Assembly (NCBI GenBank): GCA_964016885.1
Contig: OZ024745.1
Coordinates: 12,648,001-12,712,000 of the forward strand
From: Eledone cirrhosa
Taxonomy: Eukaryota
Direction of reading: 5' to 3'
Length of the DNA stretch: 64,000 nucleotides
Of this stretch, positions 52,768-64,000 are shown one piece after another (the first letter of the stretch is position 1; each line of letters starts with the position of its first letter). A model generated the notes under the pieces. That model saw nothing but the letters and a program-made list of their open reading frames with translations. It searched no databases and had not been told where the DNA came from. Made by a program: the position numbers and the translations under genes.

Positions 52768-55700
52768 AGTCTTTCTCCATTTATTACGATCAGCAGCAAC
52801 ATTTTCCCATGTATCAGCAGAGTTGTTAGCGTCTTTCAAAGAGACTTTCAAGGAATCCTTATACCTCTTCTTTGGTTTATGTGGCGGTCGTTTTCCTTTA
52901 ACTAACTCTCCATAAAAGAGTTGTTTTGGTATTCTAGAATCCTTCATTCTGGCAAGGTGACCACTCCAACGGAGTCGTTGCTTAAGCACAAGAGCTTCTA
53001 TACAGTCACACAGAGAGCTTTCCAAAATCTCGACACCACTGATGTGGTCCGTCCAGTGAATGCCATGGATCCGTCTGAGACACATCTGATGGAAACGCTC
53101 CAATTGCTTAAGGTGGTGTTGATATGTGACCCAGGTCTCGCAGGCATAAAGAAGAGAAGAGAGCACACATGCCTTGTACACTTTTACCTTTGTCTTCTTG
53201 CATATGTCTCGCCGACCCCAACGTCGCCTTTCTAGCTTTCCGAAAGCATCACTTGCTTTCCTAATCCTGAGTGGGATTTCATTATCAAGGTTGCTGTATC
53301 GATTGACAGTGCTTCCCAGGTAGACAAACTGATCAACCACTCCAAGTTGTTTACCATACACATAGATATTTGGTTCACTGTACTGCTTACCAGGGGCAGG
53401 TTGGTACATGACGACGGTTTTCTTGAGACTGACAGTCAATCCTAGGGTAGTGCAAGCATCAGAAAATACATTCAAAATGTGCTGCATATCACTCTCTGTG
53501 TGCTACAAGATCGCAATCATCTGCATACAAGGTCTCTCATGATTGATGTAAATACTTTTGTTTTTGCAGCAAAGCGCCTGATGTTAAATATGCTGCCTGA
53601 GGTTCGATATCGGATGTAAACACCATGCTCACAATTCCTGAATGCAATATAGAAAACCATTGCAAAGTATATGGCAAACAGGGTCGGTGCTGAAATATCC
53701 CCCTGTTTCACTCCATTTTTTTACTGAGATAGGCTCCGACACGTTACCTCCGACATTAACCCAAGCCTTCATGTCATTATGGAAAGACCTAACTAAAGCA
53801 AGGAACTTATCAGGGCAACCAAGTTTCTGGAGAACCTTCCATAATGCATTTCTGTTAACAGTATCGAAAGCTTTTGTCAGATCGACAAAAACCTGATTCA
53901 GATCCAAACCTTGTTCCATGCACTTCTCCAGGAGCTGTCTAGCTGAGAAGATCATATCAGTAGTGCCGCGTCCAGCATGAAAACCAGATTGACTTTCAGG
54001 AAGAACACAATCTGCAATGTGCGTCAGCAGAAGGTCCAGAAGCACCCTACATAAACATTATCCTACGACAGAAAGCAAGGTTATACCTCCGTAGTTTCCA
54101 CAATCATTCTTGTTACCCTTTAACTTGTACAAGACCACCACTACTTCATCTCTCCAGTCCTCAGGTACGAATTCACTAGCCCATATCCTTCCAAACAAAG
54201 AGTGAAGATGTTGCAGGGATCTCTCACCACCATATTGTAGGAGCTCAGCATGTGCCATCCATAACTGGAGACCTTCCACTGTTCAACTTCGAGATAGCCA
54301 CTGTAACCTCCACAAGCGTCGGAGGTTCTGCGAGAGCTACTTTCACAGGACTTTCTGGAATGAGATTGAGGAAATCTTCATTGATGACAGACGGCTGGTT
54401 CAAAAGCTTATGAAAGTGCTCTCGCCACCTTCGTAGAATTCCTTGTAAGTCACGAAGAATTTCTTTGCTGCGAAGCGGTGTCATCAGAGAAGAAGACGGT
54501 CCATAAACTTCACGCAAGAGACTACAACAGCTTTGTGTTATTGGAATCTGACGCAGTTTGGATCTCATCAACCTTCTCACTCCACCACTGATCCTTCATC
54601 TGAGAAAGACTCTGCCTAACACGTGATTTCACATCCTTGAGTACCTTATGCAACATATTCTTCTCCTGTGGTTTTGCCGTCAAGTAGCGTGACAGAGCAC
54701 GCCTCTTATCAGCCAACAAGTCTTCTATATGTTCATCACTCTCATTAAACGAGTCTTGATGTTTTCTCTGCACCAACCCCAGAACACGCCTGCCTACATC
54801 ATAAACCCACTTTTTAAGAGTCGGCCAATCCTCACCAAGATCTGCAACCTGCATCTCTTCTCGCAATGTCCTCTTTACATTTTTATCCCTAAGAGCAACA
54901 TTCAATATTCTGGGCAGGGCAAAACCAGTAGCCCGGATGTCACGTTTAGTGATTGTTTCACTTTTGCGCGTACCAGGCGGGGTCCGTCCAGCACTCAGCT
55001 CCACGAAGAGCACGAACACACGGCGCTTCCCGTCTGTCACGCGTCCTGACTAGGACGTAGTCCAAAAGATGCCATTCCTTAGATGCAGGATGCATCCATG
55101 TAGTCTTAAATTTGTTCTTTTGTTGGAACATGGTGTTGGTAACACACAGATCCAGCTCCTCACACATCTGCAGCAGGAGCATACCATTGTTGTTACACTT
55201 TCCCACCCCATGCCTTCCGATTACATTCCATATGTTAAAATCCCTACCTACTCTAGCATTAAAGTCACCAAGCACGATGATTTTGTCTGCCTGAGGGATA
55301 TTTCTTAAAACACCTTTCAAGGCATGGTAAAAGGACACTTTTTCTTCATCGACAGAATTCATAGTTGGAGCATACACACTCACCAGGGTCGCATATCTTC
55401 CTCTGTCCAGCGGAATTCTCATGGACATAAGACGCTCACTAATCCCTACTGGGAATTCTTCTAATTTATTCACAAGAACAGTCTTAACAGCAAATGCTAC
55501 CCCAGCCTCTCTTCTGGTTCCTTCATCTCTTCCTTTCCAGAAGAATGTATATTCTCCACAAAATTCTGTAAGATGACCATCTCCAGCTAACCTCGTCTCA
55601 GATAAAGCTACGATGTCAAGATCGTAACGTCGAAGCTCCTTTGCAACAAGAGTGGTCCTTCGTTCAGGACGTTCCAAGGAATCCCTGTCAAGCAGCGTCC

Positions 55701-55899
55701 GTACGTTCCAGCAGCCAAGACTAAATGCCTTGTTTGGCTCTATTACAGTGGTACGATGACGAGCGGACCCAGGCTGTGATAACCTGGGGCTCCTGCCCTT
55801 ATTGCCAATTATCTCTTTTGTTCCAGAACCCTTATTGCCAATTATCTCTTTTATATTGTTTTGGAACATCATTGAATTTGGAAAAAAAAAGTAATAATA

Positions 55900-56150
55900 A
55901 TTTTTGTAACACACAACACCACACCAACTGTATCACATGACATCACATGAACTGTACCACACTACATACACCAATTATACCACACCACACAGAAGAAGAC
56001 CACACCACACCAACTGTACCACATGAAACTACACTACAGTATATTATACCACTCTACATAACACTGCCTCACACTACAGTACACTACACCGCACTACAAT
56101 ACACTGCACCACCCTACACTACACTACACCATACCACTGTCCACTCTACT
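55900..56150. repeat. (ACCAC/ACTAC)n pentamer satellite, inner edge of the right inverted arm
   Basis: Reverse-complement counterpart of 13440-13750. Confidence 0.8.
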
Positions 56151-56172
56151 ACTGCTGTTTTCTATTTTGCAG

Positions 56173-58505
56173 GTATGTCCAATTACAGTAAAAGAAAGAA
56201 AGTTATTTCAATGGATCTGAGTAAGTAAACACTTCATTGACCATCATTTTAAGGCATGATCACAGTGTAGTTTTAAATTGACCTCTTGATATCATTACAC
56301 CTTAGACCTCTATATATGATTACACTTCAGTCTTAAATTAATGACCTCAATTCAGTTTTACATTAATGACCTATAGATATAATTTCAGTTCAGTCTTAAA
56401 TTAATGACATATAGATATGTTCTCAGTGCAGTTTTAAACTAATGACATATAGATGTGGCTACACCTGTCTTATATTAGTGACTTATAGATAAGATTACAC
56501 CTCTGACTTAACTTAGTGACCTATAGATATTACACCTCTCTCTTAACTTAATGACCTGTAGATGGATGCTACATGTAATGTTAAAATTAGTTGATCACTG
56601 TCTCCCCCCCTCCTCAACACATGTGGTTGCTACATGTTTATTGTTAATATTAATGTAATGATGTCTTCCCCCCCACCACTACAACATCATGCCACACCAC
56701 ATCAAACCATACTGTACCTCACCAGACCACTCACCACATGACACCATACTATACCAGAGTCCGAGAGATCAGCTATATATATATTTGTTTACATTTTTTT
56801 TTATATTTAGATGGAAGAGAAGAAAAAGACCACAACAAAATCAAAGACAACAAAAACAAAGAAGGCAAGAAAAATGAAGAAAACAATGAAACGAAGAAGT
56901 CAAAGACAATGTAGACGGTGATGACGACGAAAGTATGATTTCAGTTCAATCTTAACCTAATGATTTATAGATAAGATCTTAGTTCAGTCTTAACTGACTA
57001 CTCATATGAGCCGGGGACCTTCAGCTTGCTTACATAGATTTCAGCACTTTACAGTGTGTACTGGGTACATTTTATCGTGTTGCCACTGCCAGGGAGGTTG
57101 TCATGTACTTGACACAACTAAAGAGTCCTGCCAACCATGCCAAACAAAGAGTAGGGAGGACACTTCAGTTGTGTCATAGACATGACAACATTCCTAGTGC
57201 TAGTATCACATTAAAATGTTGCCAGTACACTTAGTAAAGCACTGGGATGTCTGATCATCATTGTCATCATATCATGTCCACCTACCATGCTAATATCAGT
57301 CAGATGAGTTATCATGGCCCATGATAACTTGCATATGTGTTCCATGTTTAGCATGGTTTCAATAGCTGGATGCCCTTCCTAATACCCTCGCAGAGTGTAC
57401 AAGGTGCAATTTATCATGATACCAGTACTACCAACTTACAAAAATGTACAGGATGCATTTTATTGTGACACGTGCACAAGAGAGTTTGTCCTCTCTACAT
57501 CATATTGTCTTTATTTCATTGCCAACCACTTTACAGAATGTATTAGGTGCAGTTTATCATGGCACCAGCACAAGAGATGTCGAATATCTGGCCAAACTGA
57601 AGAGTTTTCTCTGCACCATATAGTTTCCATTCAATTACCAACCACTTTACATAGGGTATTTTATCATGGTACCATCAACCACTTTACAGAGTGTACTGGG
57701 TGTGTTTTACATCACTATGTGGTAGTGTCTTAGGCAAGTGTCCTCTAGTGTAAACCCTAGATAACGAATGCCTTGTTGAGTGTTGTGAAGTTAGAAAGTG
57801 ATGGGATGTTGTGAGGCTGTGTTGTGGGGTTGCATTGTGAGGTTACATTGGGAGGTTGTGTTGTGAGGTTGCATTGTAAGGTTGTGTTATGATGTAGCAT
57901 TACGAGACTGTGTTGTGATTTGATAGATATCTGAGCAATGAAAATTACCTTTGGCCCCCAACTGTATTTTAGACAGTGTCACCTTAGCTGAGCAGTGGAA
58001 ACACACACATATGGCTTTCAGCAGTATGTTAGTCATTGTCACCTTAGCTGAGCAATGAAAACACACATCCGTCCCTCAACAGTCAGTTAGTCACTTTCAA
58101 CTAAAACTCATAGATGCGAGACTCCAGCATGGTCACAGTGCATTGTCTGATATCAGTAAAAGACGAGCATTGTAACTATAAATACATTATGACTGTTTTT
58201 ATTCATGTTAACAGTGAATTTAACATTCAAAGATATTTGTGTATATTTTGTTGATGTTTGACATTGCTTTTTTAGTTATGAAATAGCTTATAAACTACTT
58301 TATAGGATTACAGCATGAGCACACTGCTCTTTAAATTAACTTTATCTCCTCAGCACTTCGTAAAATCCAAGAAATAGGCAACATATATGTTTTACATTCT
58401 TTGTTATTGGTGTTTAGATGGAAGAGAAGACAAAGGCACAGAAGAAGACAAAAGTACAGAAGAAGAGAAAGGCACAGAAGAAGATAATGAAGATGAACAA
58501 AGACA
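56173..58505 (+). pseudogene. Right-arm copy of the putative multi-exon gene fragment
   Basis: Micro-exon 56173-56220 (ttttgcag|GTATG...CTGA|gtaagt; GMSNYSKRKKVISMDL); acidic exon 56811-56932; exon from 58418 (DGREDKGTEEDKSTEEEKGTEED). Confidence 0.4.
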
Positions 58506-58739
58506 ATTATTACTACTATTGTTATTGTTATTATTATTTGTATTATTATAATCAAACTATGCTACACCACCCCACGCTATACCACACCATCCTACACCAC
58601 AGCACACTAGTATAAACATTATACTATACCACACTATATGAGACCACACCACACTATGAAACAATATATGACACCACACCACACTATGAAACACTCTACT
58701 ATACCACACTATAACACACCACTTTAACCTGAATTCTAA

Positions 58740-60700
58740 CACTAGAAGTAAACACTAACACTAATGGTAAACACTAACACTAACCTGATAACTAACACTA
58801 ACCTGAATACTAACCCGAACACTATCACTAAAACTAACATTAATCCTAACATTAAGCTGAACACTAACACTAAAACTAACATTAACCAGAAAACTAAGCT
58901 AACATTAACCTGAACACTAACACAAACACTAACGCTAACACAAACAGAAATACTAACACAAACACTAACACTAAAATTAACACAAAAACAAACACTAATA
59001 CTAACACTAACCTTAACCTGAACACTAACACTAAAACTAACATTAACACTGACATTAATCTGAATACTAACACTAAAAGTAAACACTAACACTAAAAGTA
59101 AACACTAACACTAAAAGTAACACTAACACTAACTAGAAAACTAACACTAACCAGAACGCTAACACTAACACTAACACTAACACAAAAACTAACACTACCA
59201 TAAACACTAACACAAACACTAACACTAACCTGAGCACTAATAGAAAAAAGTAACACTAACATTAGCCTGAACAGTAATACTAAAACTAACACTAACCTGA
59301 AAACTAACACTAACCATAAAACTAAGTTAACATTAACCTGAACACTATCACAAACACTAACGCTAACATTAACAGAATTATTAGCACAAGCACTAACACA
59401 GAAACACTAATACTAACACAATCACTAACACTAACACTAAAACTAACATTAATACTAACATTAACCTGAAATCTAATACTAAAGGTAAACACTAACACTA
59501 ACCTGAACACTAACACTAAAACTAACATTAACCCTAACATTAACCTGAATGCTAACACTAACTAGAAAACTAACACTAACACTAAAACTATCATAAACAC
59601 TAACACAGACACTAACACTAACCTGAGCACTAATACAAAAAGTAACACTAACATTAACCTGAACAGTAATACTAAAACTAACACTAACCTGAAAACTAAC
59701 ACTAACCAGAAAACTAAGCTAACATTAACCTGAACACTATCACAAACACGAACGATAACATTAACAGAAATACTAACACAAACACTAACACAGAAACACT
59801 AATACTAACACAATCACTAAATCTAACATTAACCCTAACATTTACCTGAACACTAACACGAACTAGAAAACTAACCCTAACCCTAACCTGAGCACTAATA
59901 CAAAAAGAAACACTAACATTAACCTGAACAGTAATACAAAAACTAACACTAACCAGAAAAGTAAGCTAACATTAACCTGAACACTATAAAACACTAACGC
60001 TAACATTAACAGAAATACTAACACAAACACTAACACAAAAACTAACATTAACACTAAAACTAATATTAACACTAACATTAACCTGAAATCTAACACTAAA
60101 AGTAACATGAACACTAACCTGAAAACTAACACTAACACTAAAACTAACACTACCATAACACTAACACTAATCTGAGCACTAATACAAAATGTAACACTAA
60201 CATTAACCTGAACAGTAATACTAAAACTAACACTAACCTGAAAACTAACACTAACCAGAAAACTAAGTTAACATTAACCTGAACACTATCACAAACACTA
60301 ACGCTAACATTAACAGAATTATTATCACAAACACTAACACAGAAACACTAATACTAACACAATCACTAACACTAACACTAACATTAACACTAACTTTAAC
60401 CTAAACACTAACACTAACATGAACACTAACCAGAAGACTAAGCTAACATTAACCTGAACACTAATGCTAACATTAACACCAAATAAAAAAGACTAACACA
60501 ATCACTAACACTAATGGAAATACTAACACTAACACAAACACTAATACAAAATCAAACACTAATGGAAACACTAACACTGACCTTAACACTAACACTCATA
60601 ATAACCTGAACACTAACGCAAACACTAAAACAAACACTCACTAAAACAAACACTCACTAAAACAAACACCCAATAACACAAAGACAAACACTAAAACCCT
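58740..60700. repeat. (ACTAAC)n-based satellite, inverted counterpart of 10260-12150
   Basis: Shared diagnostic motifs such as aaccagaaaactaagctaacattaacc; ctaaccctaaccctaacc at ~59870. Confidence 0.9.
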
Positions 60701-62090
60701 CTAACACTAACAGAGAGCTCAATGCTGATACTGACGCAGATGCCTACGCTGACGCAAACGATTATGCTAACGCAAACGCTGACACAATTGCTAACACAAA
60801 TGCTGACACAAATGCTAATGTGAATATTGACGCAGGCCCAAACGCGAATGCTGACGTAGACGCTGACACAGACGTTAATGCAAACACGAACGCTGACACT
60901 AACACAAATGCTGACGAAGATGCTAACACAAATACTAACACTGATGCAGACTCTAAAACTGACGCAGAGGGTAACGCAAACGCTGACACAGACGCTAACA
61001 CGAACCCTAATGCTGACATTAACACAAATACTAATGCTGACACAGACGCTAATGCAAAAGCTAACGCTGCCACAAATGCAGATACAAACACAAATGCTGA
61101 CGTAGACGAGAACGCAGATGATGACAGCGATACTAACACGATCCCTTACGCAGACGTAAACTTTGACGCAGATGCTATAGGAAACGCTGACGCAAATGCT
61201 GATGCTATCGCAAAAGCTTATGCAGACGCTAAGGCAGACGCTAACGCAGACGCTGATAGCACCACCAGCGTTTACCCCGACGCCGAAGCCGATATGCAAC
61301 GCAATGCCGATGCGGACGCAAATGCAAACACAAATGCTAACGCTAACGCTGATGCATATGCTGAGACAGAGAGACATAACCGCCGACACTGATGTAAACA
61401 CTGATGCTAAGGCAAATGCTGACGCGGGCATGCCGCCAACGTTTACGCTGACGCAAATTTGCTGAGGCAAAGGCAAACGCTGATGTTGTTTAGGCTTCCC
61501 AGACGCGGACGCCAACGGAAAGGTTGACGGAACCGCTGAGCTAATGCAGACGCTGACGCACATGCTAACGCAAAAGCCAACGCTAACGCTGATGCAAATG
61601 CTGAGGCAGACGTATATGCTGATGCAAACGCTGACACAGTCGCTAAAGGGAAAGGTTGTTGCAAACGCTAACGCTGACACTAACGAAGACACTGATTCAA
61701 ACGTTAACGCAGACACTGATACAAACACTAATGCTGACACTAACGAAGACACTGACGCAAACACTAACGCAGATACTAACGCAAACACTAACGCGGATAC
61801 TGATAGAGACACTGACGCTAAGGCAAACGCTGATGCAATCGCTATCACAGACGCAAACGCTGACGTAGATGCTGACACTGACGCAAACGCTAAGGCTAAT
61901 GCAAACATTAACGCAGATGCTAACACAAACTCTATATAAACACTAGCTTACATAGACGCTTATGCAAATGCTAACATTGACGCAAAGAGTGGCGCTAACA
62001 ATAACACTAACAGTAACACAGTCATTAACAATAAACTTACCATTAACTGTAAAACTTACCTTAACACTAACCCTAAATCTAACATTAATC
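60700..62090. repeat. Hexamer-period satellite, inverted counterpart of 7900-10260
   Basis: gctgac/gctaac/gcagac variants; unique spacers are shared, e.g. aacaataaacttaccattaac vs ttaatggtaagtttattgtt. Confidence 0.88.
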
Positions 62091-62099
62091 CAGCTATAG

Positions 62100-64000
62100 A
62101 AGATAGGCATTATATTTTAAAGATTTTAAGTTAGAGAGAATCACGCTATACCATACAACACAATAACACAACACACCACACTAACCTACACAACACCAAA
62201 CCAGATGATACCATATCCTGGTAAATTTACGATAGGTTTCCATGTCATAACTTCACCAAACAAAAACCTCACCATACCAAACTACACCAAACCAAACCCC
62301 ACCATACCAAACAACACCATACTACATTACACCATGCTATTGATCTCAGTGTGAAAAATTTTCTTCCTGTTTTTTTTTTGTGTGTGTGCTTATCACCCGA
62401 TTTGACATGAAAGGTGCTCACAATTGACTATTTTTTTGCAAATTACCCCAAACTACCCCAAACCACAAGATACCAAACCACACCATACCAAACTACACCA
62501 TACAACATCATACTGTGGTAAATTTATTCAAGAACACCTACTCCTTGATCTCAGTATGAAACATTTTCTTTCGTTTATTTATTTATTTTTTTTTTTTTTG
62601 TGTGGTTACCACCCAATCTGACATCAAAGGTGCTCGCAAATGACTATTTTTTGCACATATTATCAATGAATATGACATAGAAACTTGTCAAAAATGACTA
62701 GCTTTGTAGAAAAAAGAGGGTGGAAGTGGGTGGAAATACCATTTACAAAGCTAGTCATTTTTGATTGCAGTTGAAGTCATATTTGTTGTTTAGTCAACTG
62801 CAAGCATCTTGGCAGTTGGATTGGTTAATAGCACATGGAAAAAACAGAGGAAAAATTTGTTTCTGATTTAAATCAAAGTGGAAATTAAAGTCCTTACTTT
62901 ATAGGGAAACACATTATAACAAAGCAGACCACACCACATTAAACTACCCCACACCATACCAAACTACATCATACTACATCACACCATGGTAAATTTATTG
63001 CAGATCACCTACTCCTACCATTCCCATCACACAATGGTATTTACATCAATGTGACAAATTTTCTTCCCTCTTTTTTTTTCCCTTTTTTTTTTGTGTGTGA
63101 TTACCACCCAATCTGACATCAAAGATGATGGCAATTGACTATTTTCTCACACATTATCAATGAATATGTCATGAAAACCTATCGTTTACTATTGGTTTCC
63201 ATGTCATAACTTCACCAAACCAAACCACACCATACCAAACTACACCAAACCATACCAAACTACACCAAGCCAAACCACAGAATACCAAACTACTACATCT
63301 CACCATACTATTGATCTGTGTGAAAAATTTTCTTCCTGTTTTTTTTTTTGTGTGCTTACCACCCAATTTGACATCAGAGGTGCTCACAATTGACTATTTT
63401 ATGCACATATCAATGAATTTGACATGGAAACTTGTCAAAAATGACTAGCTTTGTAGAAAAAAGAGGGTGGAAGTGGGTGGAAATACCATTTACAAAGCTA
63501 GTCATTTTTGATTGCAGTTGAAGTCATATCTGTTGTTTAGTCAACTGCAAGCATCTTGGCAGTTGGATTGGTTAATAGCACATGGAAAAAAACAGAAGAA
63601 AAATGTTTTTCTGACTTGATTCAAAGTGGTAATTAAAGTCCTTACTTTATAGGGAAACACATTATAATAAAGCAGACCACACCACATTAAACTATCCCAA
63701 ACTTTACCATACTACATCATATCATGGTAAATTTATTGGAGAACACCTACTCCTACCATTTACATCATACCATGGTCTTGACATAATTTTTTTTGTGTGG
63801 TTACCACCCAATCTGACATCAAAGGTGCTTGCAATTGACTATTTTCTCACACATTATCAATGAATATGTCATGAAAACCTATCGTTTACGATTGGTTTCC
63901 ATGTCATAACTTCACCAAACCAAACCACACCATACTAAACTACACCAAACCCAAACTATAACAAACTACACCAAGCCAAACCACAGAATACCAAACTACA
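62100..64000. repeat. Higher-order satellite (~750-bp unit), inverted counterpart of 2270-7850; runs off the window
   Basis: aaaaatgactagctttgtagaaaaaagaggg at ~62690 and ~63437; monomer ttaccacccaatctgacatcaaaggtgct. Confidence 0.9.

Larger units (their letters stand above)
48583..55800 (-). mobile_element. Second-lineage RTE (BovB-like) LINE, decayed, interrupted by a Gypsy element
   Basis: APE FSLGCWNVRTLLDR...RPERRT...ALSETR, GDFNARVG; RT FVDLTKAFDTV, KQGD; C-terminus LLYACETW...LRWSGH...; degenerate C-terminal zinc finger CQACGRECKS. Confidence 0.9.

Overview
AT-rich, repeat-dominated animal genomic DNA, most likely from an octopod cephalopod. This is an inference from octopus-type tRNA-derived SINEs, abundant RTE LINEs and [17 protein letters not shown]-type C2H2 zinc-finger arrays. 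The window is roughly symmetric. A composite arm at ~2.3-13.8 kb runs: ~850-bp higher-order satellite, hexamer satellites, decayed exon-like modules, (GTGGT)n. It is mirrored in inverted orientation from ~55.9 kb to the window end. The ~42-kb core holds two tandem minus-strand C2H2-ZNF gene units: one ORF with 5 complete fingers plus a truncated sixth, and one pseudogene. Each unit has a duplicated putative 5' exon block. The core is packed with mobile elements: Penelope-like remnants, a hAT with TIRs and an 8-bp TSD, a Tx1/L1 fragment, a near-full-length CR1, several RTEs carrying a PHD-type finger (one nested in another), a gag-less Gypsy inside a second RTE lineage, MITEs and SINEs. Reading by eye also found seven type I hammerhead-ribozyme motifs from four unrelated repeat families. 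Boundaries of degenerate repeats are approximate and nothing was checked computationally.
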